Source of the DNA: an uncultured Acidobacteriota bacterium
GTDB lineage: Bacteria > Acidobacteriota > Terriglobia > UBA7540
NCBI GenBank assembly: GCA_963804995.1
Contig: CAWDSK010000002.1
Span: 256,001 to 320,000, forward strand
Direction of reading: 5' to 3'
DNA: 64,000 nt
Position numbers and translations under genes: made by a program. Shown one piece after another: positions 36,382 through 46,678 of the stretch. The notes beneath the pieces are model-generated. The model searched no databases and was not told the origin of the DNA. It worked only from the letters and a program-made list of their open reading frames with translations. Positions within the stretch are counted from its first letter, which is position 1, and each line of letters begins with the position of its first letter.

Positions 36382-37257
36382 TCACTTTTGCGTTGCCGGA
36401 TGAATATCCGGTTCGATGTAGCCCTTGCGGACTCGAAACAGGAGATCGTTGAGCCCTGAGGGAGAAATGAATCGAGTCCAAATAAATCCGCCGAACCCGC
36501 TGACCCTTACCTGACTCGCACCCAGCTTGGAGGCATAGCTGAAGATCATGTCCGCCAATTCCCCTGGCCCCGACAGATTGTCTATAACTGCCTCAACGGG
36601 ATGAGGCCGGCTGTGAAGTTCCTCAATTGCCTGTTGCACGTGTGATTGAAGAGCCAAACAGGGTTCGGTATGACATTCCAACATCTTTTCGACGGAATAG
36701 AGCGCCGTATAGTTAATCCGATCAACGAAGGCCAAGTAAAGATGTCGTGTGGAAGGGATGAAGTGGACCGGAACCATTTCTGCAATTTCCAGCAGTGGAA
36801 AGGGGACCAAGTCCGCACATTCAAGATAACGGTGGGTCTGATTGAGCGGAAAGACAGGGATTGACCACTGCACTCCCAGCACCTGGGTAACCTGTTCCTC
36901 GGTTGCGGCCCCCATGTGCCGAAGCCATTCCCCGACTCGCCCACTCCCGGAGTCTTTCTGGGCCTTCAAAGCTTTCTGGAGTTGCTCCTTGTCCACATAG
37001 CCGCGCGAAAGCATGAGCAGCCCCAGTGGAACCCTGTGAGGCTTCGTTTGAGGCCGCGTGGCAACTTGAAGTAGTTGCTCGATAGCAGTGGTCAGAGCAC
37101 CATGAAAACAATCTTCGCTGCAATACCACCGGTCGTCGAGCAAGAGACCCCGCTGAGGTTCAAGCCATGCCCGCCACGGCCTCTTGCGATGGGGACATAC
37201 AGGGGATTCACATTGTCGTCGGACCCGCTCAGTCTTCATGTTGGTTATGAAACCCAT
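36382..37257 (-). CDS. MshEN/GSPII_E-N-domain protein with N-terminal Cys/His motif, no ATPase
   Basis: PLGLLMLSRGYVDKEQLQKALKAQ-x5-RVGEWLRHMG...VLGVQ tandem motif; CESPVC and WYCSEDC. Start uncertain. Confidence 0.7.
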   Translation of the reverse strand: MGFITNMKTERVRRQCESPVCPHRKRPWRAWLEPQRGLLLDDRWYCSEDCFHGALTTAIEQLLQVATRPQTKPHRVPLGLLMLSRGYVDKEQLQKALKAQKDSGSGRVGEWLRHMGAATEEQVTQVLGVQWSIPVFPLNQTHRYLECADLVPFPLLEIAEMVPVHFIPSTRHLYLAFVDRINYTALYSVEKMLECHTEPCLALQSHVQQAIEELHSRPHPVEAVIDNLSGPGELADMIFSYASKLGASQVRVSGFGGFIWTRFISPSGLNDLLFRVRKGYIEPDIHPATQK

Positions 37258-37313
37258 TCAATCTGGACGCTTTACAAAGGTCCCCGCGGATCGTCCTCCG
37301 ATGCGCTCTTTGA

Positions 37314-38183
37314 CTAGCTCCGCAGTGACTCAATCCGTTCGAGTGGGCTAACAATCTCCTTAACACGTAACCCGTAATTGCCGTCCACGACGACAACCTC
37401 ACCGCGGGCGATCACCTTCCCTCCCACAAGTAAGTCGACGGGGTCTCGGACATTCTGGTCGAGCTCAACGACTGATCCCGCATTCAGATCCAGGATGTCG
37501 TGCAATACCATGTGCTTTTCTCCAAAGCGCAGGGTAACGTCCAATTCCACATCCATTAACAGCTCGAGTTTTGGGTCCCGGGCCGGAGCAAAGGGAGCGG
37601 GAGTGGGGGTTGGTGGCGGCAGCTCCAGGGCTGCTGGGACAGTCGGCTGGGGGGGAGGGTTGAGAACCTTTTCCAAATCGGAACTGATCTCAGCGATAAA
37701 GGTAAAAGGCGCCATCGCGGAGCTACTCCATTGCAGACCGATCCGGGCTGCGGGCTCACCCGCCAGGCGTTCCATGCCTGACCACTTAAAGTTCACTTCT
37801 CCGCCGGCTAAGTCTTTGAGGGCGCTCGCCGCTGCTCCTGCAAACTGCCGAAACAACTCGCTGACAGCGTCGCGGTGGTCGTCGCTAAGGGCGGCCGCGC
37901 CGTCTTGGGGTTCTGTCAGCAACAGTTGAGCAAGCCTGACGGCGTCGCCTTTCGACAGCACAAACCCTTGTTCACCGGACAGGTGTTGAGCCGCCTCGAA
38001 ACGGACGCCGAGTCCATCTTCCTTAAGCGTTTTCCAGAGCGCTTGGGTGGCTTCCGGAGAGAGTTCCTGGGGGGTATTGGGGGTACCCGCCACTTCCTGC
38101 AGGACGCGCCCTATGCTTGCGGTCCAGGCTTCGGCATACTCCTGCATTTTCGGACTGCGGGCTGCCTTATTCTCAGTGCTCAT
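37314..38183 (-). CDS. fliN: Flagellar switch protein FliN/FliY-like (CheC-like plus SpoA domain)
   Basis: C-terminal LLMDVELDVTLRFG...GSVVELD...ARGEVVVVDGNYGLRV; coupled to the fliM stop. Confidence 0.88.
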   Translation of the reverse strand: MSTENKAARSPKMQEYAEAWTASIGRVLQEVAGTPNTPQELSPEATQALWKTLKEDGLGVRFEAAQHLSGEQGFVLSKGDAVRLAQLLLTEPQDGAAALSDDHRDAVSELFRQFAGAAASALKDLAGGEVNFKWSGMERLAGEPAARIGLQWSSSAMAPFTFIAEISSDLEKVLNPPPQPTVPAALELPPPTPTPAPFAPARDPKLELLMDVELDVTLRFGEKHMVLHDILDLNAGSVVELDQNVRDPVDLLVGGKVIARGEVVVVDGNYGLRVKEIVSPLERIESLRS

Positions 38184-39172
38184 GCGCTCTCCTTGTACAC
38201 AGGACTGGCAGTGTGCACACGTTCCTCCACTTGTGCTGCGCGACGTAGCCCGCAGCGGACCGGGTGGGCGCGAAATAATCTTTTGCCGCTGACCAGCACA
38301 TCGCCAGCTTCCGAAAGAGCGCACCCCAATTTCAGGACGTCCCCACACTCCAGTGAAAGAAGCTGGGAGACGGGGACGCGCCCCTCCGGCAGGACCAGTT
38401 CCACCGGGAAGACGCAATGGTCCAAGTGTCTGCGGATTTGTACGGTGCTATCTGCCGTGCCTCGTTGTTTTCGATAGACAGCCTGCTGCATGAGTTTCCG
38501 TAGGAGGGCATTCGAGACCGCAGCCGGCAGGGCCACATTCAACATCCCGCGCGCCTCAGGCATGCGGATTTCGAAGCTTAGCGACAGGACTTTTTCATTG
38601 GGCGCCATCAGGCGGGAGATTTCAGCCTGCCGAAGCCGTTGATCGAAGCAAAATTGCACCTCCAGCGCAGAGTGCCACGTTGTTTCCAGTTCTCTCCCAA
38701 TGACCTTCACCACACTTTCCAGAATTTCTTCTTCGATCTCAGTGATCTCGCGCACGGTGGCCTCGGCCCGGCCTGGTCCCCCGAGCAACAGATCGATGAT
38801 GGGAAATGCGAGGGGCAGGTCGATCTCGATCGCTGCTGCAACCTCCACTGGGCGGAGAGTCATGGACACCAGATAGGTCACCTCCGGGATACGTTGCAGG
38901 AACTCACCATAGGAGAGCTGTTCTGCCGAGACGAGATTCACCTCGAAGGCGACGCGAAGATAGGCGCCCAGTGAGTAGGTTAGATTCCGCGCGAAGGTTT
39001 CGTGTAATTGACTTACCGAACGGAGTTGGTCCTTCGAGATCTTCGCTGACTGCCGAAAATTGCAGGCCGTGGAGGCGCGGATAGCCACGGCCGGTTTTGG
39101 CTTTTCGGCGATGCGCCCCTGGGCAGCGCGAAATAGTGCGTCGATCTCTTCCTGGGTTAGAATCTTCTCCAT
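38180..39172 (-). CDS. fliM: Flagellar motor switch protein FliM
   Basis: ILTQEEIDAL, LHETFAR, IDLLLGG.G, REITEIE, C-terminal SpoA domain. Confidence 0.93.
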   Translation of the reverse strand: MEKILTQEEIDALFRAAQGRIAEKPKPAVAIRASTACNFRQSAKISKDQLRSVSQLHETFARNLTYSLGAYLRVAFEVNLVSAEQLSYGEFLQRIPEVTYLVSMTLRPVEVAAAIEIDLPLAFPIIDLLLGGPGRAEATVREITEIEEEILESVVKVIGRELETTWHSALEVQFCFDQRLRQAEISRLMAPNEKVLSLSFEIRMPEARGMLNVALPAAVSNALLRKLMQQAVYRKQRGTADSTVQIRRHLDHCVFPVELVLPEGRVPVSQLLSLECGDVLKLGCALSEAGDVLVSGKRLFRAHPVRCGLRRAAQVEERVHTASPVYKESA

Positions 39173-39978
39173 GCTGTCTCCACGGGGCTGGAATATGTTG
39201 GGGGCGGACCTTCTATCGAGGGCGAAGCTTTCTCCAGTAAGGCGCGCATCCTCGCCCGCAGTCGAACTAGGGCGGAGGAGTGAATCTGCGAAACTCGCGC
39301 CTCTCCTACTCCCAGGACGGCTCCCACCTCCTTCATGGTGAGCTCTTCAAAGTAGTAGAGGGAGAGGACCTGGCGTTCCCGTGGCTGAAGCTCACCCACG
39401 GCGCGGGCTAGGAGATCACGCAACTCCCCTTGCAAACACATAGTAAAGGGCTCCTGGTCAGAACGCTCCGGATGCGCCGCCATCGATTCGCGCTCTTGGC
39501 CGGACTCGGTAAACTCATCTTGGAGGCTGCCGAGGTCAAGTCCCCGCAAGTCACCCAGGAGCCGATGCAGTTCCTTCAGCTCCATCCCCAGTTCGACCGC
39601 CAGCTCGGGCTCCGTGGCAGGGCGGCCCATCCGGGCTCGAAGTTTCTGATGGGCCTGCTCAAGTTGACGGGCCTTCTTGCGCAGAGGGCGTGGGCTCCAG
39701 TCGAGGTCGCGCAAGCTGTCGAGGATTGCGCCCTGAATCCGGTGCTTCGCGTAGGTCTTCAGTTCCACATTCTTGCCGGGGTCGTATTTGTGGAGCGCTT
39801 CAATCAGCCCCAGGATGCCGGCCTGCACCAGATCATCCAGTTGGATGTGGGAGGGCAAACGATCGTGAATCCGGCGGGCGATGTAACGAACCTGCGGAAG
39901 CTGCTCCAGGAGCAGGCGTTCCTGATCTGCGGATTCCATATTTGAAGCGGATTCATAAGCTTTCTTGGCTTCTTTCAT
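39157..39978 (-). CDS. fliA: RNA polymerase sigma-28 FliA/WhiG
   Basis: DDLVQAGILGL, RIQGAILDSLRDLDW.PR, LYYFEELTMKEVGAVLGVGEARVSQIHS. Alternative start at 40020. Confidence 0.94.
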   Translation of the reverse strand: MKEAKKAYESASNMESADQERLLLEQLPQVRYIARRIHDRLPSHIQLDDLVQAGILGLIEALHKYDPGKNVELKTYAKHRIQGAILDSLRDLDWSPRPLRKKARQLEQAHQKLRARMGRPATEPELAVELGMELKELHRLLGDLRGLDLGSLQDEFTESGQERESMAAHPERSDQEPFTMCLQGELRDLLARAVGELQPRERQVLSLYYFEELTMKEVGAVLGVGEARVSQIHSSALVRLRARMRALLEKASPSIEGPPPTYSSPVETAWRRF

Positions 39979-40021
39979 GATTCTTCCCCTTTGCTTTTTG
40001 GCACGGGTTCCATCCGCCAAT

Positions 40022-42097
40022 TCACTGCACTACCCCCAGGGATTGAATTGAAACCGCGGCTGGAATCTCCGCGGGGGAGAGGACCACCAGTCTGGGAAGG
40101 AACGGCTCCAGAAGGCGGCGCAGGTGGAAACGGGTCGGACTGCTACAGAGAACGATAGGTGAGGGAACGGTCAGCGGCTCCCCCAGAAGCTTCTTCAGGC
40201 CTTCCATGATTCGGCGAATCAGGGAGGGCTGCAGGGCATTCGACGGTCGACTGGCGAGCTGCGGGTCCAGGATTTGAGCGAGTTGCTCCTCCATTGTTGA
40301 GTCAAGCTGGATGACGGTGAGTTTGCCATCGTCACCGAGCAGGGGTTGAACAAGGGCGCGGCCGAGCGCCTGCCTGACGGTTTCCACTAAGAGAATCGGG
40401 TTCTTGTTCAGGGTTGCCGTGTCGAGTAACGTTTCCAGAATTGTTACCAGGTCGCGCACGGAAACTTGCTCACGCAGCAGTTGCTGTAACACCTTCTGCA
40501 CGTCGCCCAAACTTAGCAATTTGGGAACGAGTTCCTCCACGAGCTTGGGCTGCGTCTCTGCCAGGGCGTTGAGCAGTCGCTTGGTTTCTTGCCGGGTCAG
40601 AAGCTCGTGGGCATGCTGCTTAATGACTTCCGCTAGATGGGTCGCCAAAACCGAGGTTTGATCCACGACGGCGTAACCGGCTGCCAGAGCCCGCTCGCGA
40701 AGGTTCGGCGCGATCCATTTAGCGGGTACCCCGAAAGCCGGCTCCAGGGTTTCACGTCCCTCCAGGGGCTGCGCTGTGGCCTCGGAGCTGATGGCGAGTA
40801 GCCCGTCCTGTGCCATCTCCCAACGCGCGATCTCCACTCCCCGGAAACGGATGACATACGCGCGGGGATTGAGCTGAACGTTGTCGGTAATGTGGACAGG
40901 TGGGACAATGAAGCCCAATTGCAGGGCGAGGTGGCGGCGCAGGGCACGGATCCGAGCCAGCAACTGTCCCCCCTGGGCTTGATCGACTAGGGACACAAGG
41001 CCGTAGCCCACTTCCAGGCTCAGATCGTCCAGCCGCAGGAGGTTCTCCAATTGCTCCTGAGCTTTTTCCGGTGGCAAAGTAGTGGAGGGAGTTACGGCTT
41101 CGGCCGCCTTGGCAGAGGTCGCTTGTTTTGCCCGGCGCGCCAACCAGACCAGAAGCCCTGCCATGAGGAAGAACGGAATCTTGGGCAGCCCCGGGACTAG
41201 CCCCAAGGTGGCCATGACCCCGGAGACGATCCACAAAGGATGGCTGCGAGGAAGCAGTTGCCGTGCGAGGTCAACCCCCAGGCTTGACTCGGAAGAAGCT
41301 CGCGTGGCCACCATCGCTCCGGCAACGGAAACCAGCAGCGAAGGGATCATGGTGACCAGGCCGTCCCCAACCGTGAGAATGGTGTAAGTCTTCAGTGCCT
41401 CGCTGAGCTGGACGCCATGGTAGAAGACTCCAATTAGGAATCCTGCGACGATGTTGATTGCGGTGATGAGCACTGTGGCCAAAGCATCGCGCTGGCTAAA
41501 GCGCGCAGCGCCATCCATGGCCCCATAGAACTCCGCTTCCCGGCCCACCAGTTCCCGGCGGCTGCGGGCCTGGGCCTCGTCAATCAGCCCAGCGCCCAAG
41601 TCAGCGTCAATCGCCATTTGTTTGCCGGGCAAGGCATCCAACGTAAAGCGCGCCGTCACTTCCGCGATGCGTACCGCGCCGTGGTTGATGACCAGGTACT
41701 GAATAGCGATCAACGCCACAAACAGGACAAAGCCCACGATGTAGTTGCCGCCCACCACGAATTGCCCGAAGGCTTCGATCACATGTCCGGCGGCGGCGGA
41801 ACCCTCGTTGCCGTGCATCAGGATGCGGCGACTGCTGGCCAGATTGAGTGAAAGCCGGAATAACGTCAGCAGCAGAAGGAGCGAAGGAAACACAGAGAAT
41901 TGCACCGGCCGCGAGATGTACATCGCGACCAACAAGACCAGCACCGACGCCGTGAGGCTCAAGGAAAGAAGGAGATCGAGGAGGAAGGTCGGCAGGGGGA
42001 CGACCATCACGAACACCATTGCCACCGCAACCAGCGGGACCATCCAGTCCAGGCCTATGCCTTTGTTGACGGGGGCCGGGTTGAGTGTCGGTTTCAT
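40022..42097 (-). CDS. flhA: Flagellar export protein FlhA
   Basis: FPSLLLLLTLFRLSLN, RIAEVTARFTLDALPGKQMAIDADL, FYGAMDGA, LTVGDGLV. Confidence 0.97.
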   Translation of the reverse strand: MKPTLNPAPVNKGIGLDWMVPLVAVAMVFVMVVPLPTFLLDLLLSLSLTASVLVLLVAMYISRPVQFSVFPSLLLLLTLFRLSLNLASSRRILMHGNEGSAAAGHVIEAFGQFVVGGNYIVGFVLFVALIAIQYLVINHGAVRIAEVTARFTLDALPGKQMAIDADLGAGLIDEAQARSRRELVGREAEFYGAMDGAARFSQRDALATVLITAINIVAGFLIGVFYHGVQLSEALKTYTILTVGDGLVTMIPSLLVSVAGAMVATRASSESSLGVDLARQLLPRSHPLWIVSGVMATLGLVPGLPKIPFFLMAGLLVWLARRAKQATSAKAAEAVTPSTTLPPEKAQEQLENLLRLDDLSLEVGYGLVSLVDQAQGGQLLARIRALRRHLALQLGFIVPPVHITDNVQLNPRAYVIRFRGVEIARWEMAQDGLLAISSEATAQPLEGRETLEPAFGVPAKWIAPNLRERALAAGYAVVDQTSVLATHLAEVIKQHAHELLTRQETKRLLNALAETQPKLVEELVPKLLSLGDVQKVLQQLLREQVSVRDLVTILETLLDTATLNKNPILLVETVRQALGRALVQPLLGDDGKLTVIQLDSTMEEQLAQILDPQLASRPSNALQPSLIRRIMEGLKKLLGEPLTVPSPIVLCSSPTRFHLRRLLEPFLPRLVVLSPAEIPAAVSIQSLGVVQ

Positions 42098-42343
42098 GTC
42101 CAATTCCTAACGAGGCTTTGCCCTACGTGAGCCATCCCGCAGGGCTGGACCGTACTTAGAACCACAGAAAAACACACCGCAACGCCTTCCTCCGAGGTTG
42201 GCGAGCGTCTGAGAGAGAGGGCGTCACTCCGGCCTGATCGACGTTCACCGGGGCGAATCCGGCGCGGCGATCCCAACCCTTGCCGAGATGGTAGAATTTG
42301 CCTCATCGCCACCCCACTCTTGACCCCTTGGTTCTACGTTGGC

Positions 42344-43426
42344 TCATCCCTGTTTCCCCCCGCGAGCTGCGCCTGGATTCATCAGGCCCTGGGTCCGGTA
42401 GATGAAGGCCAAGATTTCCGCGACTGCGGTGTACAATTTCGCCGGAATCGTCTGGCCGACTTGGGTGGCTCGATAGAGGGCCTGTGCCAGAGGCGGATTC
42501 TCCACCAAGGGAATTCCGCGCCAGCGTGCCTCCCGCTTGATCGCCTGAGCGAGTAGGTTTCGCCCCTTGGCCACGACCACGGGCGCTCCCATGCTTTCGG
42601 GCTTGTACTCGAGAGCTACGGCGTATTCGCTCGGGTTCGTCACTACCACAGTGGCGCGTGCCACATCCCGCAGCATTCGACGGCGCCGCATCTCCCGCTG
42701 CAGTCGCCGAATGCGCCCGCGGATAGCCGGATGACCTTCGGTCTCCTTGAAGTCTTCGCGAACTTCATCGCGGGTCATGCGGTGTTGACGCTCGTAGTTC
42801 ATGCGCGCTAGAAGGAGATCGAACCCCGCCCAGAGGGTAAAGACCAGCCCTCCCTTCCAGGCGATTTCGAATATGCGCGTCAGCATCCAGCCCAGCGAGG
42901 ATCTGACCCCCACGCGGGACATGACTAGGATCTGGTTCCAGTCCCGGGTCATGATTGAAACGGCGAGATAGAGGACCAAACAGGTGGGCACCAGCGACTT
43001 CAGAAGGCCTTGCAGCGCACCCACCGAAAAGAGCTTCCCTAAGTTCTGGACTGGGTTCATCCTCTCCGGCTTGGGGGCTAATGCACCCGGCGCCATAACA
43101 AAGCCGCCCAAGGCGAAACTGCCGGCCAAGGCCACTAACCAGCTCAGGAACATGACCGGCGCCGCCCAAACAAAAGTTCTCCAGGCGACCCAATTGAGCA
43201 ACGACGTGCTAACCGTCATATCACTTTGCGTGGCCGTGTTGAGTATTCGCTCAAAGAGTACGCGCCATTCGCCTTTCCAATTCTGGGGATACCACCACAA
43301 GAACAACACCAGAGTCATCAGGGCGAGTGCCGCGGGCAGTTCGCGGCTGCGCGGGACATCTCCCTCCTGCCGGGCCTTCCAGCGCCGTCGGGGGGTTGCT
43401 TGTTCAGTACGGTTTCCCTCTGCCAA
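42344..43426 (-). CDS. flhB: Flagellar export protein FlhB
   Basis: RTEQATPRR, EVREDFKETEGHP, VVTNPSEYAVAL (NPTH variant), PVVVAKG, ENPPLAQALY. Confidence 0.95.
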   Translation of the reverse strand: MAEGNRTEQATPRRRWKARQEGDVPRSRELPAALALMTLVLFLWWYPQNWKGEWRVLFERILNTATQSDMTVSTSLLNWVAWRTFVWAAPVMFLSWLVALAGSFALGGFVMAPGALAPKPERMNPVQNLGKLFSVGALQGLLKSLVPTCLVLYLAVSIMTRDWNQILVMSRVGVRSSLGWMLTRIFEIAWKGGLVFTLWAGFDLLLARMNYERQHRMTRDEVREDFKETEGHPAIRGRIRRLQREMRRRRMLRDVARATVVVTNPSEYAVALEYKPESMGAPVVVAKGRNLLAQAIKREARWRGIPLVENPPLAQALYRATQVGQTIPAKLYTAVAEILAFIYRTQGLMNPGAARGGKQG

Positions 43427-43438
43427 TGGTCCCGCTCC

Positions 43439-44206
43439 CTATCGTGCCAAATGCATGAGTCGCTCGCTCGTCCCCAGTGCCTCCCAGAAATACTTCTGCA
43501 TGATCCCCGGCCAGAAGCGCAGCGCTCCCACCATAACCAGAAACGCCACTACGCTCTTGAGGGAGATACCCACATACATCACCGGGAGCTGCGGCGAGGC
43601 CTTCCCCAGCAAACCTAGCGTCAGATCCACGAGCATCGTCGCCGACAGCGCCGGGATGGCAATTTGTATAGCGACAATCAGCATCCCCCCCGCCGCGCGC
43701 CAGAGTTCCGCGGTGACGGCCGGCGTCGCCACAATGGTTCCCGGTGGACAATACGTGAAGCTCTTGGCAAGACCTCGCAGCATCCAATGGTGAACGTCAA
43801 GCTGCATGAAGATCAGTATGGCCACCGCCTGGTAAAAGTTGGAAAGGACAGATGTCTCGACATCGGTCTGCGGATTAATCACGTTCGCAAGCGAGTGCCC
43901 GACTTGAAAACCCATAATCTGCCCTGCCAATTGCACCCCCTCAAAGACAAATTGCAGCGTGAGTCCCATGATCAAACCGATGACAAACTCCCCACACACA
44001 ATCTGCCAGGCGTTAGTGCCATTCAGGGGAATCAAGTCTGGAGCGACCACCGGGTAGAGCAGAGCAGTCAGCGCCACGGCGATACCTGCCTTGATGCGCG
44101 GTGCAATGGTCGCGCTCCCCAGGAAGGGAGCGAAGATCATGAGCGCACTCACGCGTGCTCCGACCACAACGACCCGGCCCACGATAGCTTCGAGCCCCAA
44201 TTCCAT
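43439..44206 (-). CDS. fliR: Flagellar export protein FliR
   Basis: APFLG, AGQIMGFQVG, LGKASPQL. Confidence 0.93.
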   Translation of the reverse strand: MELGLEAIVGRVVVVGARVSALMIFAPFLGSATIAPRIKAGIAVALTALLYPVVAPDLIPLNGTNAWQIVCGEFVIGLIMGLTLQFVFEGVQLAGQIMGFQVGHSLANVINPQTDVETSVLSNFYQAVAILIFMQLDVHHWMLRGLAKSFTYCPPGTIVATPAVTAELWRAAGGMLIVAIQIAIPALSATMLVDLTLGLLGKASPQLPVMYVGISLKSVVAFLVMVGALRFWPGIMQKYFWEALGTSERLMHLAR

Positions 44207-44223
44207 TTGTCACTCCCCGCGTC

Positions 44224-44493
44224 TCACCCGAGCCAGCGGTGGAAATCAGTGAAGAGGTCCAGGGTAAAGCTCACCAGCCTTCGCAACATCCACGGCAAAA
44301 GTATGAAAATGGAGGTGGCCACCACCGCCAACCTCGGTACGGTTGCCACGGTATGTTCCTGGATCGAAGTCATCACTTGCCCAATACTGATCAGCAGGCT
44401 CACCACGGTGGCGATCAAGAGGACGGGCGCCACCAACCATAGAGTTGTCAGGAGGGTTTCACGAGCAAGTTGCACGGCCAAATCTGCAGACAT
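44224..44493 (-). CDS. fliQ: Flagellar export protein FliQ
   Basis: QVMTSIQEHTVATVPRL...PWML. Confidence 0.93.
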   Translation of the reverse strand: MSADLAVQLARETLLTTLWLVAPVLLIATVVSLLISIGQVMTSIQEHTVATVPRLAVVATSIFILLPWMLRRLVSFTLDLFTDFHRWLG

Positions 44494-44502
44494 TTACCGA
44501 CC

Positions 44503-45264
44503 TCAATAGAAGCTTTTCATTAACGAACCAACCACCAAGTTCCAGCCATCGACCATAACGAAAAGGAGAATCTTCAAGGGGGTGGAAATCACCACGGGTG
44601 GTAATTGCAACATTCCTACAGACGTGGTCACCGAGGCGACGACCAGGTCAATCACCAAGAAGGGAAAGAACAGGATCGTCCCGATTTGAAACCCCGCCTT
44701 CAATTCCGAGAGGATGTAAGCCGGGATGACCACCCGCATGGAAAGATCCTCCGGGCGGCGCGGGCGAGGTTCCTTCGCCAATTCCACAAACAATGCCAGG
44801 TCCTTCTGCCGGGCATACCGCAGCATGAACCGCCGCAAGGGCCCCGCGCCCCGCTCCAAGGCTTCCATCGCCGTGACCTGATTGCTTTGCAGGGGAACGA
44901 TGGCAGTTTGGTAAATCTCCACTCCCACGGGTTGCATCACGAAGTAAGTCAAAAAAAGCGCCAAACCGATAAGAGTTTGATTGGTCGGGGTGTTTTGAGT
45001 CCCGAGTGCCTGCCGGAGAAAATGAAAGACCACTAGCAGCCTCACGAAGGGTGTCATCGCGAGAAGCAGGGCGGGCAAAAGGGTCAGCACCGTCAACAGA
45101 ACGATGATGGTCCAGGGCAGCGACGTCCCGTTGGGGGTCAACCCGGGAATCGTTAAACCGCTGGGTGAGGGTGGTGGTGCTCCCCAGGCCGAGGCGGAGA
45201 AGGCCCCTGCCGCTACACAGGTTGCAGAACACCCCAGGAGACGAATAAGTAATATGCGTTTCAT
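44503..45264 (-). CDS. fliP: Flagellar export protein FliP
   Basis: LRQALGTQNTPTNQTLIGLALFLT, PAYILSELKAGFQIG, PLKILLFVMVDGW. Confidence 0.96.
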   Translation of the reverse strand: MKRILLIRLLGCSATCVAAGAFSASAWGAPPPSPSGLTIPGLTPNGTSLPWTIIVLLTVLTLLPALLLAMTPFVRLLVVFHFLRQALGTQNTPTNQTLIGLALFLTYFVMQPVGVEIYQTAIVPLQSNQVTAMEALERGAGPLRRFMLRYARQKDLALFVELAKEPRPRRPEDLSMRVVIPAYILSELKAGFQIGTILFFPFLVIDLVVASVTTSVGMLQLPPVVISTPLKILLFVMVDGWNLVVGSLMKSFY

Positions 45265-45282
45265 GCCAGAACTCGCCTGACC

Positions 45283-45576
45283 TCAGACCATGCGGGTATC
45301 AGCCGACAGGTGCGGCTCGGTGATAACCTTCCCCTCCTGCACCCGGGCCAAGAGGGTGAGAGAACTTCCGCTCCCAGCCACCAAGAATTCCTGGCGGTCG
45401 AATTCTATGACCGCCAAAAACCGCCGGTCGCCGAGCGACAAAGACTCTCGTACACGTAGCCGCCGACTTTGGCGGGATTTCAGGGCGCGGTGAACCCAAT
45501 GCCAGAGCCCTCGAAAGGCCACCATCCAGCTTGCTTCTGCTCTATCCTTGCCTGGATTCGTGAGAATACCTTCCAT
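45283..45576 (-). CDS. fliO: Flagellar protein FliO-like
   Basis: RRLRVRESLSLGDRRFLAVIE...FLVAG..SLTLLA; located before fliP. Confidence 0.8.
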   Translation of the reverse strand: MEGILTNPGKDRAEASWMVAFRGLWHWVHRALKSRQSRRLRVRESLSLGDRRFLAVIEFDRQEFLVAGSGSSLTLLARVQEGKVITEPHLSADTRMV

Positions 45577-45618
45577 CGTCTACTGCTCCTTCCTCCGGGG
45601 CGAACCAGGAGTGGGGGG

Positions 45619-45897
45619 TCAAACCATCTCGGTAAGACGGACCACCAGCCAATCCTCGATCACATCAAATTCCGCCCACCCCACCATGACGCCGTTCACG
45701 TTCACGGGGACATGTGCACCTTCGTGCCGTCGCGTATCCACAATGGAGTTAACCTCCAGCGAGAGAAGAGCCCGGATTGTGAAGCTCGGAACCTCCAGCG
45801 CCACGCTAAGGCAGCAAGACAGATCCAGCACCTCCGTCCAGAGCTCCCGGAGGGGGGGAACTGACTCAACCACGCGGGTTTGATCTTCGTTTCCCAT
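45619..45897 (-). CDS. Small SpoA-domain (FliM/FliN C-terminal) protein
   Basis: LSVALEVPSFTIRALLSLEVNSIV...VNGVMVGWAEFDVI...VRLTE. Confidence 0.82.
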   Translation of the reverse strand: MGNEDQTRVVESVPPLRELWTEVLDLSCCLSVALEVPSFTIRALLSLEVNSIVDTRRHEGAHVPVNVNGVMVGWAEFDVIEDWLVVRLTEMV

Positions 45898-45900
45898 CGC

Positions 45901-46389
45901 TCAACGTTGTACGAGGAAATCCGTGAAATAAACTTCCTTCACACCTAATTCCGGCGCCCGCTCACGAAGCGCGCGTACTAATTCCTGTTTGAGCTTTTGC
46001 TTGCCGTCGGGTGCCAACAGAGCATCCGAACGCCAGGTCGACAACACGCCCAGAATCGTGTCGCGGAGGCGGGCCGTTGAGATCCCCGGATCTTCCCCCT
46101 TCCCCTCCTTGGCAGAGAGTGGGTTTTCAAGGCCCAGGTCAATCCCAACACGCAGAAACCGACTCTCTTCAGGGTCCGCCAGGTTCACTACGAAGGTCTC
46201 CAAATGCATGACCGCCTTTATCTCCGTAGTCCCTTGGCCTTTGTTGCCAGCAGCGTTGGCTTGTTTCGACGCGTGCTTGCACCCCCAACAGGCGGTTCCG
46301 GCAAACACTAGCAGCCCTACCACCACGCACGCGGCGCGCAGCGATGACTTCTCGCTTTGTATTTCTTGCACTTGAGCGACGCTGGCCAT
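45901..46389 (-). CDS. fliL: Flagellar basal-body protein FliL
   Basis: TM helix, LETFVVNLAD, RLRDTIL, GKQKLKQEL, EVYFTDFLVQ. Confidence 0.92.
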   Translation of the reverse strand: MASVAQVQEIQSEKSSLRAACVVVGLLVFAGTACWGCKHASKQANAAGNKGQGTTEIKAVMHLETFVVNLADPEESRFLRVGIDLGLENPLSAKEGKGEDPGISTARLRDTILGVLSTWRSDALLAPDGKQKLKQELVRALRERAPELGVKEVYFTDFLVQR

Positions 46390-46678
46390 ATGCGCACATC
46401 CAGAAAAAGCAAGTCGCTGTCCAAAGGTAGGAAAAACCTGCCTGCCCTCGCAGGTTGTAAGTGCGGGGGAGAACCCTTTATGTTTGCTGTGGTTCCAGGC
46501 GGGCTATGATTGCCTTTGAGTAACCGGAGTTCCCCATGTAAGAGCTCAGAAGGTTCCAAATTGGGAAACGCTCATTAAGGAGTTCTCAGTTGGCACGCCC
46601 CCTGATCTTTCAAATGAAGGGACGGAGGGTTGTCCCAAAAACCCTAGCGGAAAACTGCCAAGCATCAGCCAAGAGGCT

